Below, piece after piece: positions 1-10,900 of a DNA stretch of 59,572 nt. Every line of letters starts with the position of its first letter. Within the stretch, counting starts at the first letter, position 1. A model generated the notes under the pieces. That model worked only from the letters and a program-made list of their open reading frames with translations, searched no databases and had not been told where the DNA came from. A program made the position numbers and the translations under genes. Source of the DNA: Candidatus Saccharimonadales bacterium (GTDB taxonomy: Bacteria > Patescibacteriota > Saccharimonadia > Saccharimonadales > 2-12-FULL-41-12); the NCBI GenBank assembly GCA_041600715.1, contig JBFIJM010000005.1, positions 1-59,572 on the forward strand, in the 5' to 3' direction.

Positions 1-1
1 A

Positions 2-118
2 TCTTCTGCTACAAATGCAGGTTATGGTGCAAGAATCTTGGGTTATGTAAATGACCTAAAAAGAAATACACCTCAACTGAAAGATTATTATAGAGGTTTT
101 TCATTCGGGGTAATTTAA
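2..118 (+). CDS. 3' end of head completion/neck protein (partial)
   Basis: Open frame from the window edge, SSATNAGYGARILGYVNDLKRNTPQLKDYYRGFSFGVI*. Resembles the C-terminus of the post-capsid gene in Twort/SPO1-like gene order. Confidence 0.55.
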   Translation, partial: SSATNAGYGARILGYVNDLKRNTPQLKDYYRGFSFGVI

Positions 119-124
119 TAAACT

Positions 125-931
125 TTGTCAATGACTGATATAAACACACCTATAGTATCCCAAACTCCGCCTAATTTAGGGTCCTCCCCTAATATAGAGT
201 TCAGAAAAAATGATTTCGAACAAGCTATATGGTTAAAGGGTTATACGGTCATCCATGAAAAAGCTTTAAAATGTCCGTGTAAGAGTAAAAACTCAGACCA
301 GCAATCAAACTGCAAGAATTGCGGGGGGAGCGCGTGGATATACATTAATCCAACTGAGACAAAGGCTATTCTTCATTCAATGAATAGAAGTACTGAGTTC
401 AAGGAGTGGAGTGAAGAAGATATAGGGAAAGTGAATATATCTATGATGGATAAAGATAATCTATCCTACATGGACAGACTAACCCTAATTGACGGCAAGG
501 CTGTATTTGGGCAAGCCCTTCATTTTAAAGAAGCAGATGGAGTGTTGTTTACCTATACCGCATACAATATTAAGGAGATAACCTACATAGGATTATTTAT
601 AGACGTCAACAGTAAACTCCAAAGACTTGTGATTGGCGAAGATTACACTTATGAGAATAACACTATATACCTGAACTCAAAATACACAAGCACGTTTAAC
701 GCGAGCAATAAGGATATTTCAATATCAGTGAGATATGTTCACGCTCCTCAATTCTATGTAATTGACCTTGGAAGGGAAATGATGAATACTCAGATAAAAA
801 AAGAAGGAAGACAAGAATCCATCTCTATGCCGATTTCAGCAATAGGTAGAAGAGGTCATTATATTTTAGATAAGGAAAACTTATCAGGAACTAGGTTAGT
901 AGATAATTCATTCATAGACGAGTGTAAATAA
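125..931 (+). CDS. Putative neck/head-closure virion protein with Zn-binding cysteines
   Basis: CPC...CKNC motif near the N-terminus and position upstream of the tail sheath, as in Twort/SPO1-like head-tail joining genes. The start may be the ATG at 131. Confidence 0.6.
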   Translation: MSMTDINTPIVSQTPPNLGSSPNIEFRKNDFEQAIWLKGYTVIHEKALKCPCKSKNSDQQSNCKNCGGSAWIYINPTETKAILHSMNRSTEFKEWSEEDIGKVNISMMDKDNLSYMDRLTLIDGKAVFGQALHFKEADGVLFTYTAYNIKEITYIGLFIDVNSKLQRLVIGEDYTYENNTIYLNSKYTSTFNASNKDISISVRYVHAPQFYVIDLGREMMNTQIKKEGRQESISMPISAIGRRGHYILDKENLSGTRLVDNSFIDECK

Positions 932-941
932 ATAATAAGAA

Positions 942-1169
942 ATGGAAAACACATTAGTAAACCAAACAGCCTCAGTTGAAGTTAATGGGTATGAGTACCC
1001 AAAGAACACTCTATTTGTTCAACAAGAAGGTGAGAATGTAATAGTTAAAACTGTTAGTGAAGGCAAGATATTAGGCCAAGGAGAATTTGCATCTTGGAAA
1101 GCAGCAGGGGTACCTTATGCAAGCAAAAGTGCGTTAATAACTGCTTTAAGGGGAGCTCTGTTCGTATAG
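942..1169 (+). CDS. Small hypothetical virion-associated protein
   Basis: Tightly packed ORF with an A-rich leader within the morphogenesis operon. Confidence 0.6.
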   Translation: MENTLVNQTASVEVNGYEYPKNTLFVQQEGENVIVKTVSEGKILGQGEFASWKAAGVPYASKSALITALRGALFV

Positions 1170-1170
1170 T

Positions 1171-1962
1171 ATGATACCAATTGCCATAGACGTAGAATCA
1201 TTACCTTTCGAGGCAGCCGGAAATTCAGACCTGGTTGAGAGAGTAGTAGATAGTGTCGTAAAAGACATGACTGCTGCATTCGCTCGAGAATGGGAGCGTC
1301 AGGCGCAACAGGCTCTGCATCAAACCAGGGGTAGGTATTTAGAAAACTTACACGTCCTCGATACAGGCAGAATGACGGGGGCAGTAATGCTCGACTACAG
1401 CAAAGACCCTCTGATAAGAATGATTGAAGAAGGGGCTTCGGCGTTCGACCTGAAAGATGGGTTCGAGAAATCTCCTAAGAGAAAGCTAAAAGCAGACGGG
1501 GGATGGTATTTAACTGTTCCTTTTAGACATGCAACTCCAGGAGCAATTGGAGAGAGCAGTGTCTTCTCAAACAAGATGCCGGAGGATGTATACGAGGTTG
1601 CTAAAAAACTAAAGACCGATATAGACGTACCGGGTGGAGGAAAAAGGAGTAGGGGGCTAGCAATAGGAGAAATACCAGCAGAATATAAAACGCCAATAGC
1701 CAACATCGGAAATAACATCCCTGAATCAAAAGCTTTTAAAAGCATCTATGAAGGTGTTATAAAAATAAAGGACGCCAAGACATCCCAGAATGTGTACATG
1801 AGCTTCAGAAGGGTTTCCGATAAAAGTTTAATGGAGAGCTGGAATCACCCAGGGATTGATGAACACAATCTAGCAGACAAAGCATTGAATCAACTCAATC
1901 AAAACGCAGAGGTGGAATTAAACGCCGCAATGAATAAAATTTTAGCAACCTTAGGCTTTTAA
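1171..1962 (+). CDS. Putative neck/tail-completion (virion morphogenesis) protein
   Basis: YLTVPFRH and YMSFRRVSDKS...W.HPG motifs typical of the conserved neck gene of large myoviruses, plus synteny. Confidence 0.55.
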   Translation: MIPIAIDVESLPFEAAGNSDLVERVVDSVVKDMTAAFAREWERQAQQALHQTRGRYLENLHVLDTGRMTGAVMLDYSKDPLIRMIEEGASAFDLKDGFEKSPKRKLKADGGWYLTVPFRHATPGAIGESSVFSNKMPEDVYEVAKKLKTDIDVPGGGKRSRGLAIGEIPAEYKTPIANIGNNIPESKAFKSIYEGVIKIKDAKTSQNVYMSFRRVSDKSLMESWNHPGIDEHNLADKALNQLNQNAEVELNAAMNKILATLGF

Positions 1963-1964
1963 TA

Positions 1965-2681
1965 ATGGCAGTACTAGTCCCAGAAATACAGATATTTAAC
2001 GCGATAAAAACAATACTTGCTTTTATTAAAAAAGACTTTGATGCACACGTAAATGAACAAGACACATTATTATATAGGTTGTGTGGGGAGAATCAACTCC
2101 AAAGATACAACTTCTTTGAGCAAGCTAAAGCGGTTTTTTTAGCAAAAGAAGACAACCCGCGATTTTTAGATGTAAATGTATTCTTTAATTTAGAGAGGGC
2201 ATCTATACCAACAATCCACATCACACTACCAGCAGAGCAGTCAGATAAAGACGGACTAGGCATTGATGAAGGGTATCGTGGCATCCAGGAGACGAAAGGA
2301 ATGGGTGGAGAAGATGAGCAAGCTCCTAATTATACAAGAAGATTCGGAACCCAATTCCAGCTAATTGTTACAAGCGATAATTCAAACGAGGTGGTGCTTA
2401 TCTATCATCTTCTAAGAGCAATACTAATACCTGTAATTGACCATTTTAATATGGTTGGTTTAGAAAATATTAAGCTGAGTGGGAGAGACATTCAGAACAT
2501 GAACACTATTGTTCCGACACATATTTTTATGCGAGCGATAGGAATAGCATTAGAATACGAGGTAACGGTTGAGAGCCTGTTCCCTGAGGATGTAATTACA
2601 AAGATAGCGCTAGAGTTTTCAGTGCTACAAGACCCTCCTTCAGGAAACGAAGCAATACAGCCAGGTCCGACAATTCCATAG
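1965..2681 (+). CDS. Putative tail terminator/tail completion protein
   Basis: Size, P.IHITLPAE motif and position two genes upstream of the sheath. Confidence 0.5.
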   Translation: MAVLVPEIQIFNAIKTILAFIKKDFDAHVNEQDTLLYRLCGENQLQRYNFFEQAKAVFLAKEDNPRFLDVNVFFNLERASIPTIHITLPAEQSDKDGLGIDEGYRGIQETKGMGGEDEQAPNYTRRFGTQFQLIVTSDNSNEVVLIYHLLRAILIPVIDHFNMVGLENIKLSGRDIQNMNTIVPTHIFMRAIGIALEYEVTVESLFPEDVITKIALEFSVLQDPPSGNEAIQPGPTIP

Positions 2682-2698
2682 AAATAAAATTTGTCTAT
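2682..2698 (+). promoter_or_regulatory. Variant copy of the AAATAAAATTTGTTTAT motif (AAATAAAATTTGTCTAT)
   Basis: 16/17 match to the recurring motif. A TATTTTTA box lies further downstream at 2741-2748, not at the 20-nt spacing. Confidence 0.45.
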
Positions 2699-2771
2699 AT
2701 AAAATTCTAAGTTAGGGAACTTTATCGACGATTTAATTATTATTTTTATTCAATATTTACAATCGAGTAAT

Positions 2772-3059
2772 ATGAAAGAGTTTAAAAATCTAGCTGAAAT
2801 AAAAGAATTTTGTAAAGAGAACGATATTTCGGTCGCGCAGGGTGATAAAAAAGATGATTTACTCGATAAGATAAAAGCATGGGAATCTGCTAGTTCAGTG
2901 AAGAAAAACCCAGAAGGTGAGTTCACCGCTGCTGAATTTGGTCAATTACATAAGATAGAGCAAGTAGGCATAAAGTACTTAACAAAAGTCTTCGGTAATG
3001 AGAAGAATTCTTATAAAAATTGGATTCGAATCTGTAAGGATAAGAAAGTAATTGATTGA
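2772..3059 (+). CDS. Small protein with N-terminal HeH/LEM (Rho_N-like) helix pair
   Basis: KNLAEIKEFCKENDISVAQGDKKDDLLDKI fits the HeH/LEM pattern. Lies directly upstream of the sheath. Confidence 0.5.
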   Translation: MKEFKNLAEIKEFCKENDISVAQGDKKDDLLDKIKAWESASSVKKNPEGEFTAAEFGQLHKIEQVGIKYLTKVFGNEKNSYKNWIRICKDKKVID

Positions 3060-3084
3060 TTAAATAAATTTTAAAAATAAAAAA

Positions 3085-4713
3085 ATGGCTACAGAATTTT
3101 CATTCAACGGAAAAAACATAATTATACCAGGAGCGTATTCTACAATTAAATCAGGTCAAAAAAATCCACCTTTGGATTTAGATTTCGGAACCTTACTGAT
3201 TATAGATACAGGGAGCGGAGCCTCTTATGGAGGTGGAGCGGGTATAGATGGTCTACTAGCTAGCGGGAAGGACGCTATTTATGTATTAAATGATACTGAA
3301 GAAATGCAGGACTTCACTAAAGGTGGGCTGTGGCATTTATTAGCGAACCCTCTATTCAAGCCAGCTAATTTGGGAACGAATGGTGTATCACAAGTTCTTT
3401 TCGCTAAAGCAGCCACAACAGTAGCAGCTGAATTAACTTACACTTTCGTAGGAGGTGGTGCAAATGGAGGTACCGCCACTCTTCAAGTAAGAGACGAAGG
3501 GTTGATAGGAAACGGGGCACTAGATGCGAGACCAGAGTTAGTTAAAGGTTATGCTGCCGTAATGGAAGCAGGAGTATTAGATACAGCCAAATTCAAATTG
3601 AAATTCTACAGAGGTACTTTTACAGGGTTAGACCAAAACGGATTACCTTTCGATGAAGTAGCAGAAATCAACACTCTACCAGTATTACTAACTGAATCCA
3701 TTGAGTTCGATAACATGGCTGACTTAATCACCTGGATGACAAATGACTTTACTTTTAATTCATTCTTTAAGCTAAAAACAAGCGCTGTTGCTGGAACAGG
3801 AGTTGTTGATGCCGCTGATTTAGCCGCTAATTTAGCTTACAACTTAGCAGCAGGTGGTACAGAGGTATACTCTACTGCTAATCTAACAAAGGTATTAGAC
3901 GAAATTGCTGACATCAACATCAGCTTTATCTTCGCGGATGATTTTGGAGCTAGCGCTCAATCTGCCAACAACTTTAAAATACTCACTCATATAATAAATG
4001 ACAGTGTATTCAAACCTGAGCTTTATATAGCAGCAGGAAGCGATATCGGAGACTTTGCTCAATCACAACTTGATGCTGCGTTCTGGGACAATGATTCAGT
4101 TACAGTTGTTCACGGTGGTGTTAAGAAAGCCTCTAGAAACATAGGTACAGGATTTAAGGTTTATGATTCTTATTACAAAGCCGCCTCTGTAATAGGTAGA
4201 GAAGCGGGGCTAGAGCCTCAAGTACCACTGACTTTTAAGAACCTAGATATCGACGGAGAAGTCCACCCATTGAATGACAAAGAAGTAAAAATTGCACTGA
4301 AGGCTGGATTATTGATATCCAGAATAGAAGGAGGAAGTTTTGATATCACTAAAGGAATTAATTCTCTACAGAAAAACGATTTCTTGGTTAATGATGATGG
4401 AACCATTCATTCTAAGCAAATCAAGAGAATTGCTCGTCAGTTAAACAAAGAGATAATAGTTAACGCTAAAGAGCAACTATTGAAAGACCCTGAGGGAGTT
4501 AATAGGAACACTTTGTCAGAGCTAGATGTTCAGAAATGGATAGAAGGTTATTTGTTAAGAAAGATAGCTTCTCCTACAGCAGACAACCTAATCTTGAATT
4601 TTCAAGAAGTGACTGTTGTAAGAGACCAGGATGCTTATAAAATAACTTACAAGTTTACACCGAATTCAGAAATCTCATTCCTATTCTTCACAGGATTCAT
4701 TGTAAATGTTTAA
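3085..4713 (+). CDS. Contractile tail sheath protein
   Basis: 542 aa, N-terminal IPGAYS motif, C-terminal sheath features (PLTFK, ITKGINSL, YKFTP), and followed by a tube gene. Confidence 0.9.
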   Translation: MATEFSFNGKNIIIPGAYSTIKSGQKNPPLDLDFGTLLIIDTGSGASYGGGAGIDGLLASGKDAIYVLNDTEEMQDFTKGGLWHLLANPLFKPANLGTNGVSQVLFAKAATTVAAELTYTFVGGGANGGTATLQVRDEGLIGNGALDARPELVKGYAAVMEAGVLDTAKFKLKFYRGTFTGLDQNGLPFDEVAEINTLPVLLTESIEFDNMADLITWMTNDFTFNSFFKLKTSAVAGTGVVDAADLAANLAYNLAAGGTEVYSTANLTKVLDEIADINISFIFADDFGASAQSANNFKILTHIINDSVFKPELYIAAGSDIGDFAQSQLDAAFWDNDSVTVVHGGVKKASRNIGTGFKVYDSYYKAASVIGREAGLEPQVPLTFKNLDIDGEVHPLNDKEVKIALKAGLLISRIEGGSFDITKGINSLQKNDFLVNDDGTIHSKQIKRIARQLNKEIIVNAKEQLLKDPEGVNRNTLSELDVQKWIEGYLLRKIASPTADNLILNFQEVTVVRDQDAYKITYKFTPNSEISFLFFTGFIVNV

Positions 4714-4748
4714 CATTGATTAATTAAGAAAAATTAAAAATATAGAAA

Positions 4749-5264
4749 ATGGCTGATAAAGTTTTAACAGGAGCAATCGCAATAATCAAAGTACAAGGAG
4801 TTGCAGTAGGGAAAATGAAAGATATCTCTATTAACGAGTCCATTGGAAGGATTGATGTATCTAAAGGGTTGGGAAGTATCTTCTCTGATGAATTTGCTGT
4901 TATCAAATGGTCAGGAACTTGTTCTTGCAGTTTTTGGGAAATAAACTATAAAGTGTCTGGGGTTAGAAATGCTCTCAGGAGAGTGTTTGGAGCGAACATC
5001 TTATCTCAGATAGCTTCAGGTAACAACCAAGAGAATTTTGAAGACCAACTGGTACTCGACGATTTAGGTGTAGATGTTGACATCTATAAGAAGCTCACTG
5101 ATGTAATTGACCCTAATACACAATTGATTAAACCAAAGGCTGTTCCTTACGCAACAGTTAGAGGGATGTTTATCGAGAGTGATAATGTCAGTATCAATGA
5201 GGGGAATGTTGCTGGAAGAAATCAATCTTTTAGATACTTATACCCAGTTACTGAAACTAACTAA
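4749..5264 (+). CDS. Tail tube protein
   Basis: 171 aa directly after the sheath, with VLTGAIAIIKV.G..VG and GLGSI motifs typical of myophage tubes. Confidence 0.85.
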   Translation: MADKVLTGAIAIIKVQGVAVGKMKDISINESIGRIDVSKGLGSIFSDEFAVIKWSGTCSCSFWEINYKVSGVRNALRRVFGANILSQIASGNNQENFEDQLVLDDLGVDVDIYKKLTDVIDPNTQLIKPKAVPYATVRGMFIESDNVSINEGNVAGRNQSFRYLYPVTETN

Positions 5265-5291
5265 GAAAACCTACCACATTAATATTTAACT

Positions 5292-5317
5292 AAAGAGCCT
5301 CACTAGGCTCTTTTTTT
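5292..5317 (+). terminator. Intrinsic terminator after the tail tube gene
   Basis: AAAGAGCCT-cact-AGGCTCTTT perfect stem followed by a T run. Confidence 0.85.
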
Positions 5318-5356
5318 ATGTAAAATTTCTTATTTTTATAAAAAAATTATATAGAT

Positions 5357-5740
5357 ATGTCAGAAGATAAAAAAAAGAAGGAAGATGCGGTTCCTCAAAA
5401 AACGCAAAAGATTACTTACAAGGGAACTGAGTATGAACTAAAATTTCCTAACACAGGACAGTTAATGGACTTATCGTTAATGAAAGCGGAGCTCTCTAAC
5501 GGCAATTATAACATAATAGCTAATATGCCTGCGCTAGCTGATAATTTGGCTCAATTTTCAATCGACACAATCTGTCACCTAACGGTTCTATGTCCAGAGT
5601 TACTTAAAAGTCTAAATGTAAAGACTTATTCCGAAATGGAGCTAGTTGATATGAAGGCCTTAATACAAATTTATATTAAAGACATTCTACCTTGGATGAA
5701 TTCATGGTATAAGGTATTAAACGATATTGATGCGGAGTAA
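5357..5740 (+). CDS. Tail assembly chaperone (putative)
   Basis: Position between tube and tape measure, and a Y.LKFPN...L pattern. Confidence 0.6.
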   Translation: MSEDKKKKEDAVPQKTQKITYKGTEYELKFPNTGQLMDLSLMKAELSNGNYNIIANMPALADNLAQFSIDTICHLTVLCPELLKSLNVKTYSEMELVDMKALIQIYIKDILPWMNSWYKVLNDIDAE

Positions 5741-6063
5741 TGCAAGACTTAAAGAATCTACTTATCTACTGGAATAACAAATTCCCGTTTGATAGAGTAT
5801 ATAGGCAAAAACATGGTATAGCCTTCGGGTCGGAAGAACACCGGAGGGTAAACCAAATTGATGTTTATAACGATGCTTTAGAAGACAGATTATTTACCGA
5901 ATTCTATGAGGAACAGGCTGAGAGAAAGAGACTACAAGAGGCTTATGCTAAAGATGGTATTCTAAACAAAGAAGCTAGCAAGGCTTTAGAAGAGAGCCTA
6001 GAAGAAGTGTTTGATAATATAGATGTAACAAAATTAAACGAGGACCAAGATGGCGGACAATAA
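5740..6063 (+). CDS. Second tail assembly chaperone-like protein
   Basis: TAATG-coupled to the previous gene and overlapping the tape measure start. Confidence 0.5.
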   Translation: MQDLKNLLIYWNNKFPFDRVYRQKHGIAFGSEEHRRVNQIDVYNDALEDRLFTEFYEEQAERKRLQEAYAKDGILNKEASKALEESLEEVFDNIDVTKLNEDQDGGQ

Positions 6064-7924
6064 AACAGTAAAGTTCGGAGCTGATGTAACGGGACTAAAG
6101 TCTGCGATGAGAGATGCTTCCAAGGAAACCAAGGCTTATTACGATGAGCAGTTAACCAATGCGTCTAAGCTTTCTAATTCAACAGCCCAGCAAACTAACT
6201 TCATAAGGCTCCAAACCAAGGCCATCCAAGACAATATTAAGGCAGAGAGGGAAAAACAAGAAACCCTCATTGCAACCTTTAACATAGAGAAGGCAAGGAT
6301 TGAGAATCAACGTAAAGCAGGGGCTATCGATAGAGAGACTGCGGCGCAGCAAATAAAAGCGGCAGATAAAACACTAGGCCAGCAAATAAAGCAAGGGGAT
6401 TTAAAAATCCAAGGCCTAGATAAAGTGGTTGAAGGGCTAAAGGGAGTTAGGGATGAAATTTCCCTATCCGCGATGAAAGAGATTGCTTCTGATAAGAAGG
6501 GTGTCTTAGAGCAAATAAAAGCTTTTGATAAAGTATCAGCAGCAGGGCCGGGTAAGTTGTATGAGAAGTACACCCCAGAGCAGGTAATGAAGCTTCAGAC
6601 TCAGAAAGAGATGCTTCGAGGCGACTCTCAAGCTCAACAGCAACAGTCAATGTTTGGTGCAATACTGGGAGCAGAGGCTGTTAAGGGTGTTCTTAGTAAG
6701 ATTAGCCAAGTGGGTGGAGCGATGGCTGGCGCACAATCAGGGGAGCAATTTTTAGCAGATGCATTAAAAGGTATCCCTATTTTTGGTGAAATGATAGGTG
6801 GAGCTGTTGGTAGAAGTCAAGAAGAAAGCTACCAGGCCCAAACAGGAGCTAATAGATTTAGAGGTAGGGCCGGAAAGGGTGGAATGTTCTCTGCTTCAAA
6901 CCTAGGCTATTCTATCGCAGAAACAATGCCCCTTGCAGAACAAGTAGTTACAGCACTAGGTACTAGTCAAGATTTTAAATCAAGGACAAAAGATGTAATG
7001 GGGGCCGAAAGAGCTTTTTCATTAGATAGGGGTACTTTAACAGAAATGTTGAAACAACAGAGAATGCAAGATAGCGGTGATTTGGGTAAGAACGTATCTG
7101 TTGTATACAATACAATGAAAGAAAAAGGGTTTATTAAAGAAGGTGATACAACTCAATTTCAAGAGATTCTTCAATTACAAAACTCATTACTAGCAAAGCA
7201 ATCTGAGGTAATGGAGACCACTGACCCTCAAGTAGCTACAGGAATCATATCTGCATTCAAAACAGTGGGAGGTAGTTTTGGTGATGCTAGAGCAGCGGGA
7301 AGGATAGCTCAAATATCAGGTGCTCTCGCAGGACCGGGTAATGATTTCCAGAAAGCCAGGAATATGCAGGTATTGTCTAAAATCAAGCCAGGAGCCAGCT
7401 TATTTGAAACAATGGAGATGCAGGAGAAAGGGATAGCTCAAGAAGGGTTCCTAGCAGAGACATTAAAGCAGCTAGAAAAAGAAACAGGTGGAGGAGAAGG
7501 AATGATGTTAGCGACCAAAGCTAGATTAGGATTAGGAGCAGGAGCAACCAGACAATTAGTAGAACAGTTTCAGGGAGACAGAAGCATGTTTGATGAATTC
7601 GGTGGTTCTAAAGCAGAGCTTGAAGAGAGATTGAATCTACAGCAAATGGGTGGTAAGTTAACTGCCAATAGAGATAAGGAGCAGGCTAGAATATCCGATG
7701 CTTTCGTTAAAGGAGCTATACCTGGAATGAAACAAGTAGGAATAGAATTTGGCAGGGATGTCGGAAAAATGCTAAAAGAATCAGGGCTTCCTCTCGGAGA
7801 AGAGATAGGTCAAGGTATAATCAATTCACTGAATGGCACCTCGAGCAACACAGCTACAACAAGCACAGGGAACGCTACACTGGATGGAATGAAAGTGGCA
7901 ATGAATCTATTAAAAGAAGAATAA
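6050..7924 (+). CDS. Tape measure protein
   Basis: 624 aa Ala/Gly/Gln-rich helical protein after tube and chaperones. Confidence 0.75.
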   Translation: MADNKTVKFGADVTGLKSAMRDASKETKAYYDEQLTNASKLSNSTAQQTNFIRLQTKAIQDNIKAEREKQETLIATFNIEKARIENQRKAGAIDRETAAQQIKAADKTLGQQIKQGDLKIQGLDKVVEGLKGVRDEISLSAMKEIASDKKGVLEQIKAFDKVSAAGPGKLYEKYTPEQVMKLQTQKEMLRGDSQAQQQQSMFGAILGAEAVKGVLSKISQVGGAMAGAQSGEQFLADALKGIPIFGEMIGGAVGRSQEESYQAQTGANRFRGRAGKGGMFSASNLGYSIAETMPLAEQVVTALGTSQDFKSRTKDVMGAERAFSLDRGTLTEMLKQQRMQDSGDLGKNVSVVYNTMKEKGFIKEGDTTQFQEILQLQNSLLAKQSEVMETTDPQVATGIISAFKTVGGSFGDARAAGRIAQISGALAGPGNDFQKARNMQVLSKIKPGASLFETMEMQEKGIAQEGFLAETLKQLEKETGGGEGMMLATKARLGLGAGATRQLVEQFQGDRSMFDEFGGSKAELEERLNLQQMGGKLTANRDKEQARISDAFVKGAIPGMKQVGIEFGRDVGKMLKESGLPLGEEIGQGIINSLNGTSSNTATTSTGNATLDGMKVAMNLLKEE

Positions 7925-10900
7925 TGCCAAACAGCAAAGACTCATATCATAAACACCCTCACAGAGATTCTTCTATAGAAACCCTAATCGACTTCATTAC
8001 AGATGGGGCCTCGATAGGTCACGGATTAGATATAACAGAACTTGTTGCTTTTGAAGACGAACTAGGAGAAAAGAATATTGACAAGATATTTCAATTATAT
8101 AGCAGCGCAGAAGAGACTACATATTCTCCTGTCAGGAATGACTTAACTGCAACTAATGCAGATGAAATAGGAAGATTACCTTTGAAGATAGGTACAGAGC
8201 TAGTATTGCCGTTAGCAAAGGTTGATAGGGAGTTAAGAAAATTGGACACAAATCAAGTAGTTGATTTTAGGACGTTTAGCCAATTCATGTCAGCTCAGCT
8301 ATATTACCTGATGAAGGACCCTAAATATCAAAGAACATATAAGATTCAGTCCTCAGCCAAAGCCCATTCAATAAGAGAGATTTTTAACGACCTATCTGTT
8401 TGGGTGTGGAGTAGAAATTTATCTGTAGATGAAAAAGGAGAATATTCAGACGTACTCCTAGACATCACTCCCTTCATAAAAGACATAACATCATCAGTAT
8501 CAGCTAATGGAGGCAACTTCTCTATATCCCTAGCAGGCGTTACAACCGAATATGTTAAGAACGAGGGGTGGGTTATTGATAAGAACATGAAGTTTACAGA
8601 TGATACTTTTATAAGCGGGTCTGGTTTCTATAAACAAATCAAAGAGCAAGTTCTTAGAAACGACTACTTCTTCCATAATACACTGCAAGAAAACGATGTC
8701 GTGTTTATCAGGTATGAAAAATTAGATATAGAGCCAGACAGAGAAAACCCTGAAACACTATTTCAGATACCCAAATCCGAATTAGCAGGAAAGATTTTTG
8801 ATATGATAGGACTGATTGATAGCAATACACTATCTTCTTCAGCCACTAATTTAGATGTAACTGTTAGTATCTCCGGCAGAGACCTGTCAAAATTACTTAT
8901 TGAAGATGGTGTATACTTCTACCCATTTGATTACGTAAGTGATGGTATTTTTGGTAATGAAGATGCAGGGGATAGGTTAGAGAGATATGATGGTCAATTA
9001 CAGAGCAGGTTTCAATTAGGATTTAAAACGATTGACAATACCTTTAAATTCATATTCAATGCATTGTCTAGCATAAAGATTACATCAGATAGCTTGTTTG
9101 ACAGCTATGCTAGTAGCCGGGATATCGAGGATTTAGAGTATAAAGATAGAAGGAGTCGAAAATTTTATGCATCTAGAAATGCCTTGGTTCTTCAGCAAAA
9201 GCAAATAGAGGACCAAAACACTAATGTTCGAGAAATCAAGGAGATAATCGAACGAAGTGTGGGGTTTGATGGGGTACCTGACCCACCTTCTGCAAATGCT
9301 ATATATAATAGCCTAAAGGACTTTGTAGAAAAATTGAAGAAAGACGGATTAGCTAAAGAAGAAAACGGAAAGTTTGTTGGGTGGGAGAATACAACTTTCG
9401 AGGGAGTGGCTATTAAAGCAGACGTTATGCCAACATTCTTTGGTAATAGGTTATATCGAGATAAAAGAGTGTGGAGAGATGGAAATGGAAATGTGCTCAC
9501 AGACCAAGAAAGACTTGACTTCCTAAAAGTATTGGAAAGAAGTATAGCCAATATTCAATTAAAGATTAAAGATAATCTGCTAAACAGAGACCAGATTGAG
9601 AGCGAGGAGAAGATAGATGCCCCTGAGAGAGAAGAGACTGCAGAAAAGTCACTCAATGATTTCTTAATAGATGCAGTAGAAGAAAATAACGCTATTGTCG
9701 GGCAAAGAGACCAGCTTCCTAATGATGCGCAAGCAGCCACTGGGGGCAATCTTCAATCTGAGGCCCAAATAGAACAAAAATTAAAAATCAATTTCCTACA
9801 AGCAGAGATTGCGAGATTGCAAGCTAAAGGAAAATCTCTAAAAGCAATTATTCTACCCAAGAAATATGGAGCCTTAAACGACTTTGCTAGAGAAGCTATG
9901 GAGAGAATATGGTCTTTATTAAAACAGATAGAGACATATAACGCAACTGTACCTAAAGACGAATTAAGATTAGCAAAAGGTATTTGGCAGATTTTTAAAA
10001 TATTGGTAGATGATAATGTCAGAACTCGTAGGATAGTAGATAGTAGTATAGGTAATGAGCAAGGGAGTTTGATGAATGCATTAAGAAAAGTAGCACAAGA
10101 ACCATTTGTAGAAATGATATTCGATACTTACGGAGACCAATATTACGTTACTGTAAGAAAACCACCTTTTGATAAGAAAGGAATGATTAGTATGTTAGAA
10201 GACCAAGACGTGCTAGTAGGAAAACTCCCTTCATCCACTACTTTCAATGTAGATGATTTTACTTCAATTCAAACTAACCCAAAAGCTGAACCAAATCCGC
10301 CTCTCTTATCAGCAGCTGGAGAATCAGAAGATGTTACAGAACCAAAGACTCTTACAATAGACATAGATGACAATGACATTATAAGCGACCAATTAACTTA
10401 TGGGTTAACTAACCAAATCTATTCTTGGTACAGGCTGACACCTCAAAATTTAATAGCAGGTCAAGCTAACGATATGGCTTTTGCTTATCTAAAAGCAATA
10501 TACTTTAAAGAGTATGCTGATATATGGGGAAGTAAACCGCTAGATATCACAACCAATTATGTGCCTTATTTTCCAGTAGTAGACAAGAATTCAAAGCTGC
10601 CTACAGCTTATTTTATTAAACAAGGGATAATAGACCTGAAGTTCATGATTGAATCGAATGCCTACAACCCCTTTATAAGAAGCGGAACCGTCACCGTTAT
10701 AGGAAGCAGGCTATATAAGAAAGGTACCTTTGTGAGACTGAAATCAACACAAGAGGTATTCTATGTCGAGGGTGTATCAAATGCAACGTCTATTTCAGGG
10801 AGTGCAGTAAACAGGACAACAACCCTGCAATTATCAAGAGGGATGGTAGAGAAGTATATTAAGGGCATCGAAATAAACGGAATTAACCACTCGTATTTTA

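Noticed and set aside
5700-5745. Programmed -1 frameshift between the two tail chaperone genes
   Set aside because: No clear X XXY YYZ slippery heptamer near the end of 5357-5740, and the TAATG overlap is explained by translational coupling.
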